Source: an uncultured Alphaproteobacteria bacterium (GTDB taxonomy: Bacteria > Pseudomonadota > Alphaproteobacteria > Rs-D84). Taken from it: 64,000 nt of DNA. The position numbers and the translations under genes are program-made. Below the pieces are notes generated by a model. That model made no database searches, was not told the origin of the DNA, and worked only from the letters and a program-made list of their open reading frames with translations. Each line of letters starts with the position of its first letter. The first letter of the stretch is position 1. The DNA lies in the NCBI GenBank assembly GCA_946188105.1, contig CAMHTQ010000002.1, positions 3,357 through 67,356 of the forward strand. Direction: 5' to 3'. Below are positions 38,920 through 50,644 of this stretch, piece after piece.

Positions 38920-39614
38920 TGACAACAAGAATCGCAAAAGTTATCGCACATTCAGGATTGGCATCACGCCGTGATGCAGAAAAATTGATATCTACTGGGG
39001 TGGTATCTGTAAACGGTGTTGTAATAGACAGTCCTGCAACATTGGTTGATGATACAGATGTGATTATGGTTAATGGTAAACAGATTCAAAACCAATCTGA
39101 AACAGAATTATATATGTTCAATAAACCATTAAATACAATGACAACTGTGCGTGACCCAAATGGTCGCAAAACAATCTATGATGTATTGCCAGATGAATAT
39201 AAAAATTTGCGTTATGTTGGCAGGTTGGATTATAAAACAACTGGATTATTGTTAATGACAAATGATGGCGATTTTGCAAGACAATTAACTTTGCCAACAA
39301 ATAAAATACCGCGTACATATCTTGCCAGGGTGGGCGGAACAAAACAAAATTTTGATAGTGCCAGACGTGGTATAACGGTTGATGGAATAAAATATCGCCC
39401 AATGGAAATTGTTGAACTGGGAAATGGAAAAATTCGTGTGACCGTAACCGAGGGTAAAAAGAACGAAATCAGAATTGTGCTACGCGCATGTGGGGCGCCG
39501 GTGCAAAAATTACATCGTGAATCTTTTGGAAATATAAAATTGGGAAATTTAGCACAAGGAAAAATAATAAAACTATCGCAGAAAGATATTGACGAACTTG
39601 TTAAAACTCTTTAA
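38919..39614 (+). CDS. rluB: RsuA/RluB-family rRNA pseudouridine synthase
   Basis: S4 domain SRRDAE; VGRLDY.T.GLLLMTNDG; EGKKNEIR. Confidence 0.82.
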   Translation: MTTRIAKVIAHSGLASRRDAEKLISTGVVSVNGVVIDSPATLVDDTDVIMVNGKQIQNQSETELYMFNKPLNTMTTVRDPNGRKTIYDVLPDEYKNLRYVGRLDYKTTGLLLMTNDGDFARQLTLPTNKIPRTYLARVGGTKQNFDSARRGITVDGIKYRPMEIVELGNGKIRVTVTEGKKNEIRIVLRACGAPVQKLHRESFGNIKLGNLAQGKIIKLSQKDIDELVKTL

Positions 39615-39649
39615 TATTGATATTGAGAGAATAATCAAGGGGGGCTCTA

Positions 39650-40780
39650 ATGCGTAAAATCATCACAAAAAAAACAGATAAAAATATCGAGAAAACCAAG
39701 AAAATTGGTGCTTCTTCGTGGACAACACCAATATATGTTTATTGGTTTATAATTTTATTCTTTATTGCTGCGACATTTTATATTTTGGGACGCAGTCATG
39801 GAATGATTCACAATCCTGCTACATTAAATGAAGAAGTTTTGATGCAGGCCACAGATTATTATAATGCCAGCCAAGAAAAATTAAAAGCCGGCGACATCGA
39901 AGGTGCAATTGCTGATTTAACAGCGGTTGTGAATTCTGGTGTTGTATCTGGCAATGCATATATTGCACGTGGTGATGCATATTTGGCATTGGGCGATTAT
40001 AAAAAAGCAATGGCTGATTTCAAATCTGCAATCGAACATGATTCAACAAATGTTTTGGCATATTATGAAAAGGCATTGTTGGAAATGCGTATGGAAGATT
40101 ACGATGCTGCGATGATTGATATAAACAACGCATTAGTAGTTGCTGCATCCAGTTCCGGCTCCGCTGTTCCTGTTCGTGATTTGTATGCAAAACGTGGCCA
40201 GTTGAATTTGTGGCAACAAAATTGGGATGGTGCAATTGCTGACTATACCAATTCTTTGGCTCGCCCAGACGGTACTGTTTCTCCAAACGTATATGCTGAA
40301 CGTGCCGAGGCATACACAGCCAAGGGTAATTATGCCGAGGCAATTACCGATTATGCATCTGCTATGCAGGTTGCCAAAGAACAATTGACAGGCATCACAG
40401 ATATAGCCAAGGGCGAAAAATTATCTCGTGATGTTATGTTGTATGCTGAAAAGAGTGCAGCTTTGTATTTGAAATTAAATAACAAAGAATCTGCATTGGC
40501 AAACTTGGAGGGTGCATACCAAATCGCAATTGCATTGAATGATACAGATACAGTAAATCATTTGGAAACATTGATTTCTGATTTGCGTAATTCTATCCAA
40601 GCAGATGCACAACCTGTGACCGATGCCCCAGCCCCAGTTGCCGAGGCACCTGTTGAACCAGTTACTGTTGAACCATTGCCAGAACCTGTTCAAGAACCTG
40701 CAACTGAACCCGCTCCGGCAGTTGAAAATGCACAACCAGAAACAGCAGAACTTGTTGATACAACCAGTGTTCGTGCATAA
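39650..40780 (+). CDS. Membrane-anchored TPR protein with Pro/Glu/Ala-rich tail
   Basis: One TM, repeated AY..RG.A...LG.Y..A..D TPR motifs. Confidence 0.8.
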   Translation: MRKIITKKTDKNIEKTKKIGASSWTTPIYVYWFIILFFIAATFYILGRSHGMIHNPATLNEEVLMQATDYYNASQEKLKAGDIEGAIADLTAVVNSGVVSGNAYIARGDAYLALGDYKKAMADFKSAIEHDSTNVLAYYEKALLEMRMEDYDAAMIDINNALVVAASSSGSAVPVRDLYAKRGQLNLWQQNWDGAIADYTNSLARPDGTVSPNVYAERAEAYTAKGNYAEAITDYASAMQVAKEQLTGITDIAKGEKLSRDVMLYAEKSAALYLKLNNKESALANLEGAYQIAIALNDTDTVNHLETLISDLRNSIQADAQPVTDAPAPVAEAPVEPVTVEPLPEPVQEPATEPAPAVENAQPETAELVDTTSVRA

Positions 40781-40800
40781 AAACAAATCATGGTAATCCC

Positions 40801-40828
40801 AGCACCAACTTTTGTTGGTGCTTTTTTT
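40801..40828 (+). terminator. Terminator after TPR gene
   Basis: AGCACCAAC-tttt-GTTGGTGCT followed by a T run. Confidence 0.7.
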
Positions 40829-40876
40829 ATAAAAAAACACCGCCAAATTCGGCGGTGCAAAATATTTCAGAAATTA

Positions 40877-41149
40877 TTATTTTCTCAAACCTAATTTCTT
40901 GATCAAAGCTTCGTAATCAGATTCGCTACGACGTTTGATATAGGCCAATAATTTCTTACGACGATTCACCATCAACAACAAACCACGTTTACTGTGTTCG
41001 TCTTTGTGATTTTGTTTCATGTGTTCTGTCAAATTACGGATACGTTCAGTTAAAACTGCAACTTGGGATGCAGCACTGCCACCGTTATCATTTTCAGACA
41101 CTTTGAATTCTTTAATCAATTCAGTTTTTTTTGTTTTTGTAATGGACAT
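40877..41149 (-). CDS. rpsO: 30S ribosomal protein S15
   Basis: QVAVLTERI.NLTEH...NHKD.HS.RGLL.MV.RR.KLL.Y, LGLRK. Confidence 0.97.
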   Translation of the reverse strand: MSITKTKKTELIKEFKVSENDNGGSAASQVAVLTERIRNLTEHMKQNHKDEHSKRGLLLMVNRRKKLLAYIKRRSESDYEALIKKLGLRK

Positions 41150-41160
41150 TACATTTTCCT

Positions 41161-42030
41161 TTATATTGTGCGTTTTGGACGCAATTGTTTATCTTTTACA
41201 ATACCAATTCCGACAAATTCATTGTTGTTATAAACCCTGAAAACGCCGTCATGCATTGCGGTTCTGATAAATCCACCATTTTTATAAAATTTAGTGTCTT
41301 TATCATCCAGATTCAAAACCGGAATGTCCCCCAGTCCAGAATCCAATGGCATCAAATATTTTTCGATGTCCGCACCATTATTAACCAGATTTTCCAAAAA
41401 ATCAAGTGTTACGGCATTTTTTATATCAAAACCATTTGTAGAAATGCGTCTTATCATATCAACCGCGGCCACCGTACCACATATTTTTGCGATATCCCGT
41501 GCAATGCTGCGAACGTATGTTCCGGTACTGCATTTTACATAAAATTCCCAACTGGTGCCGTTAAAACCATTGTATTTCAGGTCAAAAATATGAATTTTTC
41601 TGGGCTGAATTTCGACCTGATTTCCGCTGCGTGCAATTTTATAAGCCCGTTGCCCGTTGATATGAATTGCACTGTATAAAGGTGGAATTTGTTCAATGTC
41701 GCCAATAAAGTGTGATAACGCATCATTTATTTGTTCGTCTGTTGGAATAATATCACTCTTTGTGACCACCGTCCCAGTAATGTCTAATGTGTCAGTATCG
41801 ATTCCAAATTGGCAAGAAAACAAATATTCTTTTATGCCGTTATTTGCCTGTTCTATAAAAGGAATCATTTTTGTAGCATCACCAATAGCAATAGGCAAAA
41901 CCCCAGTCGCCATTGGATCCAGTGTTCCAATATGCCCAGATTTTTTCATCCCAAACAATCTGGCAACTTTATTAGAAGCTGTTCTGCTGAATAAACCTGT
42001 TGCTTTATCTAAAATAATCCAACCAAACAT
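41161..42030 (-). CDS. truB: tRNA pseudouridine(55) synthase TruB
   Basis: GHIGTLDPMATGVL, Q.PPLYSA....G.RAY, CSTGTYVRS. Confidence 0.95.
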   Translation of the reverse strand: MFGWIILDKATGLFSRTASNKVARLFGMKKSGHIGTLDPMATGVLPIAIGDATKMIPFIEQANNGIKEYLFSCQFGIDTDTLDITGTVVTKSDIIPTDEQINDALSHFIGDIEQIPPLYSAIHINGQRAYKIARSGNQVEIQPRKIHIFDLKYNGFNGTSWEFYVKCSTGTYVRSIARDIAKICGTVAAVDMIRRISTNGFDIKNAVTLDFLENLVNNGADIEKYLMPLDSGLGDIPVLNLDDKDTKFYKNGGFIRTAMHDGVFRVYNNNEFVGIGIVKDKQLRPKRTI

Positions 42031-42033
42031 AAC

Positions 42034-44553
42034 CTATAACCCGAACAAAGATAATTGTGGTGTATCATCATTGACCTGTAATTTTGATTTAGGCTTTGAT
42101 GTTGCTTTTTTAATTTCAACAGTTTTAACACCGTTATTTTCCAATCCAGACAATACTGTTTCTGCGCGTGCAACGACCGTTTCTGGCATACCCGCCATTT
42201 TTGCGACATGGATACCGTACGAACGATTTGCAACACCCGGAATAATTTTATGCATAAATATAATTTCGTTATTGTATTCGCGAACATCGATTGTTAAACA
42301 AGAAACATTTTGTAAACCACCGTTATTATCATGTGATAAAGATGTTAATTCATGATAATGTGTCGCGAACAAAGTGCGTGGTTTTAAATCGTTTAAAAAC
42401 TCTAAAACGGCCTGGGCAATCGCCATACCATCGTATGTGGCTGTTCCGCGTCCAATTTCATCAAAGATAATAAAAGAACGATTTGTTGCACGACGAAGAA
42501 TGTTTGCGGTCTCGCTCATTTCTACCATAAATGTAGATTGACCAGCCGCCAAATTATCAGATGCACCAACGCGACTGAATAACTGATCGCATACACCAAT
42601 TACGGCGTCCCTGGCTGGAACATAAGACCCCAAATGAGCCAAAACAACAATCAAAGCATTTTGACGCAAATATGTTGATTTACCAGCCATATTTGGACCA
42701 GTCAACAATGCAATTTTTTTAACAGATAATTCGCAATCGTTTTTAACAAAATTATCGCCATGCACTTTTAACACAGATTCGATAACAGGATGTCTGCCGC
42801 CATGAACACAAAATTCCGTATCATTTGTAATCTTTGGACATACCCAATCATATTCAATTGCACATAATGCCAATGATAACCATACATCCAAATCAGCCAA
42901 CAAATCAGCCGTTGTCAATAAATCGTCTGCAATATCACGAATATCAGAAATAAACCCAGATATAATTTCATCCTCGATTCCAGTCGCTTTTTCTGATGCA
43001 CTGCGAATATCATTATCTAAATCAATCAATGGTGCCGTAGTAAAACGGACATTCCCGGTCAATGTTTGTCTGTGTATAAATCCAGAATCAGGTTTCATTA
43101 AATCATCGGCACGTGTTGATGGAACCTCTATAAAATATCCCAAAATATTATTGTATTTTATTTTTAATGTATGAATACCAGTTTGATCGATATATTGTGC
43201 CTGTAATCCAGCAATAGTATTTCTGGCGCCATGTGACAATTCACGCATTTTATCCAAAGCCAAATCAAAACCATCACGAATAACATTGCCGTCTCGGAAA
43301 AATGTAGGTAATTCATCAGCCAATGCTTGCTTTAATTTTGCAGCCAATTCATCGTGAGTTTTTATACCTCCCAAACGCACAGAAAAATCATCGTCCAAAG
43401 ATTGTGCCATCATTTTTGCATTTGGCAAATTTAAAATAAAATCTTTGATATGTGCCAAATCACGTGGTGTTCCACGTCCCGATGTTATACGTGCCAAACT
43501 GCGTCCAACATCCGGCATAGATGATAATTCACGTGCAACCTGCATCATAACATCACGATTATTGATAAAATGTGAAATGTGCATTTGTCTTAAATTTATT
43601 TCATCAATACTGCCAGTCAATGTCCGCATATAAGAACGCAATTTACGTGCCCCAGCCGCAGTTTTAGTTTTATCCAAAACATCAATTAAACATGCACCAC
43701 CAGCATTTATTGGTGCATCAATTTCTAAACTTTTCCAAGTGGCAGAATCAATCAATAATTGCGAATCTGATTTTAATTGTCTGGGGGCGCGGAAAGTTGT
43801 TGTTGCACCACGACCTGTATTAAATAAATATCCCGCCAGCAAATATGTTGCATTATCCATGTTTTCAGATTGCACAGAATTCACCGCATTACCAAAAACG
43901 CGTTCAACGATTTGTGCGATATCTGAACGAATATATAATTTTTCATATACAGGTGTTGTTTTGAAAATCGTTCTTAAATGGAATATAGTGTCGTGTTCCG
44001 CGTATGATGCAGGATAAATAACCTCGGCTGGATTTAATCTGACCAAATCATCAATTATATTTGTGCAATTTCCGACAAAGAATTCACCAGTTGAAATATC
44101 ACAACCCGCAACATCAAATCCAGAATTTTGAATTGGAACAATTGCAACCAAAAAATTAGACGATTTTGGATTTAATAAATTTTCATCTGTCAATGTTCCA
44201 GGTGTCAAAACACGCACAATTTTGCGTTCAATAAATTTGTGGCCACGTTCTTTGGCTTGGGCTGGGGTTTCCATTTGTTCAACCAATGCGACTTTGAATC
44301 CATTTTTAACCAGTCGTCCAAAATAATTATCAGCCGCATGCCATGGAATTCCACACATTGGAATATTTTCGCCGTCCCCATCGGTTCCGCGTTTTGTTAA
44401 AACCAAACTTAAACTTTCGCTGATAACCTTGGCATCATCAAAAAATGCCTCGTAAAAATCACCTAAACGAAACAAAAGCAGAGCGTCTGGATTTTCAGAT
44501 TTCATATCCAGATATTGTTGCATAACCGGGGATAATTTTTCCTTTGACGCCAC
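42034..44553 (-). CDS. mutS: DNA mismatch repair protein MutS
   Basis: FRLGDFYE, TGPNMAGKSTYLRQ, STFMVEM, DEIGRGT, FATHYHEL; GTG start. Confidence 0.97.
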   Translation of the reverse strand: MASKEKLSPVMQQYLDMKSENPDALLLFRLGDFYEAFFDDAKVISESLSLVLTKRGTDGDGENIPMCGIPWHAADNYFGRLVKNGFKVALVEQMETPAQAKERGHKFIERKIVRVLTPGTLTDENLLNPKSSNFLVAIVPIQNSGFDVAGCDISTGEFFVGNCTNIIDDLVRLNPAEVIYPASYAEHDTIFHLRTIFKTTPVYEKLYIRSDIAQIVERVFGNAVNSVQSENMDNATYLLAGYLFNTGRGATTTFRAPRQLKSDSQLLIDSATWKSLEIDAPINAGGACLIDVLDKTKTAAGARKLRSYMRTLTGSIDEINLRQMHISHFINNRDVMMQVARELSSMPDVGRSLARITSGRGTPRDLAHIKDFILNLPNAKMMAQSLDDDFSVRLGGIKTHDELAAKLKQALADELPTFFRDGNVIRDGFDLALDKMRELSHGARNTIAGLQAQYIDQTGIHTLKIKYNNILGYFIEVPSTRADDLMKPDSGFIHRQTLTGNVRFTTAPLIDLDNDIRSASEKATGIEDEIISGFISDIRDIADDLLTTADLLADLDVWLSLALCAIEYDWVCPKITNDTEFCVHGGRHPVIESVLKVHGDNFVKNDCELSVKKIALLTGPNMAGKSTYLRQNALIVVLAHLGSYVPARDAVIGVCDQLFSRVGASDNLAAGQSTFMVEMSETANILRRATNRSFIIFDEIGRGTATYDGMAIAQAVLEFLNDLKPRTLFATHYHELTSLSHDNNGGLQNVSCLTIDVREYNNEIIFMHKIIPGVANRSYGIHVAKMAGMPETVVARAETVLSGLENNGVKTVEIKKATSKPKSKLQVNDDTPQLSLFGL

Positions 44554-44563
44554 GATATAATCC

Positions 44564-44767
44564 TTACTCTGAAATTTTCAAAGTTTCAATTTTCAATTCG
44601 GCTTCTTTTAACAATTGTTCACAGTATGCTTTTAATTTGATACCTTGTTCGTATGCAGCAACCGAATCCGCCAAAGGCAATTCGCCAGATTCCATTTTTT
44701 TAACCAATTCGGTAAGTTGTTTATATGCTTCTTCGAAAGTCAGTTTTTTTTCGTCTTTTTCAGCCAT
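44564..44767 (-). CDS. xseB: Exodeoxyribonuclease VII small subunit
   Basis: TFEEA..QL..LV..ME.G.L.L.DS...YE.G..L...C...L..AE.KI. Confidence 0.92.
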   Translation of the reverse strand: MAEKDEKKLTFEEAYKQLTELVKKMESGELPLADSVAAYEQGIKLKAYCEQLLKEAELKIETLKISE

Positions 44768-44842
44768 TTTTTCATCCTCTAAGTTTCAGAATCAAAAATA
44801 CACGATAAAAAGCAAACTTTCAACAAATTTAATTAAATTATT

Positions 44843-46300
44843 TTATGCGCCACGAATGTGATTTTTAGATTGCTGAGCAATTAAATTTTTCTGGGTGTTT
44901 TGTGTAACGATTTTGTGTAATCTGGCATATTCATGTGGCATAGTTTTTTTTAGTTTTGGAACATATGCATATGTTAAAACTTCATTGCTATTCAGAATCT
45001 GATTACACCAATCATATTCTTTCGTATTGTCATTGGTTTCTCCAATATGCTCCAGGTTCGGCATATACAATTTTTTTAATACATTGTTGTATTGTAATGC
45101 CTGCCAACCCACAGTTTTTACCATTGGTGCATTTAATGTTGTCACATGTGTGCATCCAAATAAAAAACCATGTCCTAAATGTATTGCTTTTGGGATATTT
45201 ACAGTTTTTAATGTTCTGCCACTCATTACCTTGGAGAAAAAGTTATCCCATATAAATTCTGTATCTGGTAAATTTATTTTTTTTAATTTGAAAAATATTG
45301 CCATATCAGTTCTTATCTCTGTAATATTTGCCAATGTTAATTCAACCATATAACCATCTTGCAATGTTGCAATATGTTGACCATTTACAGATAATAATCT
45401 TTGTTTTTTGTTTTTAGGATTTGCTTGAATTTGTATTTTTCCATTTTTGAATAAATTTTTTAATATCTGAAATTCTTGACAATTTTCACTAAAAAAACTA
45501 TTTAACATACGAAATTTCTTGGTTTTTAAATCCAATAACATACAATCAAACATTAATTCAGAATTTGTATCAACTTTTATAACATTACCACGTCTATCTG
45601 TGTACCAATTTTTGCCAAACATTTGACCTTGGATTTCATGGTCATACAACATAAATTTGTTATTCATCCATGCAAAGTGATCTGGCATATTTGTTGAATT
45701 CAAAGGAATTTTGAAATATCTGGCCAGCGACATAGTTAATCCTGGAATAATATTATCAGGATTGTTGTTAAATGTGGAATCTGGGCAACTGACGGTATGG
45801 TTATACCTGTTTTTAATGGATAAATAACCTGTTTGCTTGTTTATTTGGATTGATATAACCGATGTCCCATATTCGTCTTCGCGTGCTGGGTTTTGTGCGG
45901 GTTTTATTTTATCAGCCCCGCGTTTAATTGCATGTATAGTATAATTGTTTTGAAAACGATATTCGTCATTAAAAGTGCATAATTCTTCATCATGCCGAAA
46001 GAATTTTCTAATAGAATTTTGCTGTTCTAATGATGTTACATAAAACGAGTCATATCCAGCCATATCCAATAATTGAAAAGGATTTTTATCAGAATTTGTT
46101 CGTTTGTGTGGCAGGTTGTATTTTGCCTCAATAACTGGCAATAACAAATTTATTCGTTTGGGATCATTTCCAGCGAATTCCAGCATTGGTACAATATCGG
46201 GTAAATTTAACAAGCCAGCACCACGGATGGTACGGGCAACCCCTTCACCGTTTTGCTTTTTTAATTTATTATAAACTTTTTTAGTATTTGCAACTGTCAT
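44843..46300 (-). CDS. Hypothetical protein with C-terminal BspA-like leucine-rich repeats
   Basis: LKKINLP, LKTVNIPKA..LG..FL, VTTLNAPMVKTVG, LKKLYMPNLEHIG repeats; no signal peptide; start could be 46309. Confidence 0.7.
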   Translation of the reverse strand: MTVANTKKVYNKLKKQNGEGVARTIRGAGLLNLPDIVPMLEFAGNDPKRINLLLPVIEAKYNLPHKRTNSDKNPFQLLDMAGYDSFYVTSLEQQNSIRKFFRHDEELCTFNDEYRFQNNYTIHAIKRGADKIKPAQNPAREDEYGTSVISIQINKQTGYLSIKNRYNHTVSCPDSTFNNNPDNIIPGLTMSLARYFKIPLNSTNMPDHFAWMNNKFMLYDHEIQGQMFGKNWYTDRRGNVIKVDTNSELMFDCMLLDLKTKKFRMLNSFFSENCQEFQILKNLFKNGKIQIQANPKNKKQRLLSVNGQHIATLQDGYMVELTLANITEIRTDMAIFFKLKKINLPDTEFIWDNFFSKVMSGRTLKTVNIPKAIHLGHGFLFGCTHVTTLNAPMVKTVGWQALQYNNVLKKLYMPNLEHIGETNDNTKEYDWCNQILNSNEVLTYAYVPKLKKTMPHEYARLHKIVTQNTQKNLIAQQSKNHIRGA

Positions 46301-46416
46301 AATAACCATGTGTTTTGTGAGAAGAATAACACAAAATAAAACATTGTCAATTTGTTTATAGTAAAAAAACATCGGTGCTTGCCGATGTTTCTTCTCGAAT
46401 TCCAAACAAAGACGGA

Positions 46417-47923
<1,507 letters not shown>

Positions 47924-47943
<20 letters not shown>

Positions 47944-48166
47944 ATCATTTATGCAAACAATCGGAATTCGGTTAGTGCGTTGCTATCAATCATGTATATC
48001 TCCATTTATTGGTGGCCGTTGTGCGTGCAGATTTATTCCCACATGCAGCGAATATACGGCAACCGCAATTGAAAAATACGGCTTTTTTCGCGGGGTTTGG
48101 ATGGGAATGCACAGAATTGCCCGTTGTCGCCCAGGTGGTGGATGCGGATATGACCCGGTGCCTTGA
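47924..48166 (+). CDS. yidD: Membrane protein insertion efficiency factor YidD
   Basis: [15 protein letters not shown]...AIEKYG, RI.RC.P...GYDPVP. Confidence 0.92.
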
Positions 48167-48230
48167 CTTTTGGTGTGTTTATGGTAAAATTTTAATAAAA
48201 ACGTATAATAAATTATAAAGGATTTGAAAA

Positions 48231-48674
48231 ATGTCATTTCGTGCAACCGTTGAATCTATGTCGAAAATCATGGATGATATGGGGATTACAGAACTTGATT
48301 TAGAACGTCAGTTTTTATTTGGCGTTTATCGTAAACACATTCATTTATCCAAAGGAACAACTGTGGCTATGCCATCTTTCCCTGTGGATACCAGTATAAA
48401 AAATGCGTCAACTGGTGCAAATGGTGTCGCCAAGGAATATAAAAACGCATTAAAATCACCAATGGTTGGTGTTGTATATTTGGCAACTGAACCTGGGGCA
48501 AAACCATTCGTCAAAGTGGGTGATACCGTTCATGCCGGTGATACAGTCGCATTGGTCGAGGCAATGAAAACATTTAATCCGATTAAGGCAACGTCCGATG
48601 GTGTTGTCAAAGAAATTTTGGTTACCGATGCCCAGGCTGTTGAATTTGATCAACCATTGATTGTTATCGAGTAA
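48231..48674 (+). CDS. accB: Acetyl-CoA carboxylase biotin carboxyl carrier protein
   Basis: SPMVG, EAMK biotinylation motif, VEFDQPL. Confidence 0.93.
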   Translation: MSFRATVESMSKIMDDMGITELDLERQFLFGVYRKHIHLSKGTTVAMPSFPVDTSIKNASTGANGVAKEYKNALKSPMVGVVYLATEPGAKPFVKVGDTVHAGDTVALVEAMKTFNPIKATSDGVVKEILVTDAQAVEFDQPLIVIE

Positions 48675-48679
48675 TTATT

Positions 48680-50074
48680 ATGTCTCAAATTAAAAAAGTT
48701 TTAATTGCAAATCGTGGTGAAATTGCACTGCGTATTATTCGTGCATGTCGTGATATGGGCATTCGTACGGTTGCGGTATATTCTACGGCTGACCGTAATG
48801 CGATGCACACACAATTGGCAGACGAAAGTGTTTGTATCGGACCGGCTCCATCTCGTGATTCTTACCTTAATGAATCTGCGATTTTGACGGCTGCATTATT
48901 AACAAATTCTGATGCAATTCATCCGGGCTATGGATTTTTATCTGAAAATGCAGGATTCGCGCGCAAGGTTGAATCCCATGGTATGATTTGGATTGGACCC
49001 AGCCCAGATATGATTGTTCGTATGGGTGACAAGGTTAATGCGAAAAAGACCGCAATTGCATGTGGGTTACCAGTTGTGCCGGGTTCTGACGGTGCGGTAA
49101 AAACATTGGACGAGGCCAAGGCCTGTGCCGAAAAAATCGGATATCCTGTTATGTTAAAGGCGGCATCTGGTGGTGGCGGTCGTGGTATTCGTGCGGTGAT
49201 GCGTGCCGAAGATTTAGCCGAGGCATTCGCAACTACACGTGCCGAGGCAAAATCTGGATTCGGTGATGAAACATTATACATGGAAAAATTATTACTGCAT
49301 CCACGTCACATAGAATTTCAAATTTTGGGTGATAAACATGGTAATGTTGTTGTATTGGGCGAACGTGATTGTTCATTACAACGCAAAAACCAAAAGGTTA
49401 TCGAAGAATGTCCGGCTGCTATATTATCACAAAAACAACGTGATGATATGATAGAGGTTTGTAAAACCGCCGCTAAAAAAATGGGATATTTCAGCACTGG
49501 TACATTTGAATTTATGTACGAGGATGGAAAGTTCTATTTTCTGGAAACGAACACGCGTTTGCAAGTTGAACACCCTGTAACTGAAATGGTTTATGGAATC
49601 GATTTGGTGCGTGAACAAATTCGTATCGCATCTGGCGAACGTTTGGGATATTCCCAGGCAAATATCGTGCCACATGGTCACGCAATTGAATTCCGTATAA
49701 ATGCCGAAGATCCTGAAAACTTTACACCAAACCCAGGAACAATATCATTGTATGCACCGTCCGGTGGATTGGGTGTACGTGTGGATTCAGCAGCATATAC
49801 TGGATATACAATTCCACCAACATACGATTCTATGATTGCGAAATTGATTGTTCATAACACATCGCGTGCAACGTGCATTATGCGTGCAACACGTGCGCTG
49901 GAAGAATTTGTAATCGAGGGTGTAAAAACCACGATTCCACTTCACAAAAAATTGTTAAACAATCGTGATTTCAGACAATTGAATTTTGATAATCATTGGT
50001 TGGAACAATATCTGTCGGCAGAACCCAAACCCGAAGATGAAATTGTCCCGACAGAAGAAAAAACAGAAGAGTAA
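48680..50074 (+). CDS. accC: Biotin carboxylase
   Basis: IANRGEIA, HPGYGFLSEN, GGGGRG, ERDCSLQR, RLQVEHPVTE, YDSMIAKLI. Confidence 0.97.
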   Translation: MSQIKKVLIANRGEIALRIIRACRDMGIRTVAVYSTADRNAMHTQLADESVCIGPAPSRDSYLNESAILTAALLTNSDAIHPGYGFLSENAGFARKVESHGMIWIGPSPDMIVRMGDKVNAKKTAIACGLPVVPGSDGAVKTLDEAKACAEKIGYPVMLKAASGGGGRGIRAVMRAEDLAEAFATTRAEAKSGFGDETLYMEKLLLHPRHIEFQILGDKHGNVVVLGERDCSLQRKNQKVIEECPAAILSQKQRDDMIEVCKTAAKKMGYFSTGTFEFMYEDGKFYFLETNTRLQVEHPVTEMVYGIDLVREQIRIASGERLGYSQANIVPHGHAIEFRINAEDPENFTPNPGTISLYAPSGGLGVRVDSAAYTGYTIPPTYDSMIAKLIVHNTSRATCIMRATRALEEFVIEGVKTTIPLHKKLLNNRDFRQLNFDNHWLEQYLSAEPKPEDEIVPTEEKTEE

Positions 50075-50174
50075 ATATAATTCCGCAGAACCTTATAATT
50101 CTGCGGGATTTTTTTATGTGTATGCTTGACAATGTGTGGTTTTGTGGTATTTTGGACATCAAAAGGGGTGTTAA

Positions 50175-50552
50175 ATGGCAGATTTGGTTACAGATATAAT
50201 AAATAAAATCGAAAATGGCACATATAACACGGTATTGATTAAGGAAACAGCTCCTTGTGCTGTTCATGGTGATCAATGTGTTGTATTTCCAACATTTCCA
50301 GATGCAAGGTTTAAGGGGGCTTGTTTAATCAGATTAACAAGCGACTTTCGTAAAGTCCCTTATTCTATTTTTATACGGGATAACAGCCCTCGTGGTCTTT
50401 ATCATGGTATTGATGCAAAACATGTGCTGAAAAGCAGAATGTTATTGGATGTTAATCCTAATGAATTGAGAGAAATTGATATAAACTTCCATGATTTACA
50501 ACGTTTATGGAATGTAATTTCCGTAATAGAAAAAAATAAAAGACAAAAATAA
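50175..50552 (+). CDS. Hypothetical protein
   Basis: 125-aa ORF with its own TTGACA-16-TATTTT promoter, AGGGG SD and downstream terminator. Confidence 0.7.
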   Translation: MADLVTDIINKIENGTYNTVLIKETAPCAVHGDQCVVFPTFPDARFKGACLIRLTSDFRKVPYSIFIRDNSPRGLYHGIDAKHVLKSRMLLDVNPNELREIDINFHDLQRLWNVISVIEKNKRQK

Positions 50553-50580
50553 AAACACCGGCGAATGCCGGTATTTTTTT
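50551..50580. terminator. Bidirectional terminator
   Basis: AAAAACACCGGC-gaat-GCCGGTATTTTTT. Confidence 0.7.
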
Positions 50581-50644
50581 AACTAAAATCACAATGGTTT
50601 TTAACGGGCCCCGCAAAATTCCAAAAGAATTTTGTGGGTATTTG

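Noticed and set aside
40610-40745. Tandem repeat or CRISPR-like pattern
   Set aside because: It is imperfect codon-level repetition encoding a Pro/Glu/Ala-rich linker, with no fixed repeat-spacer structure
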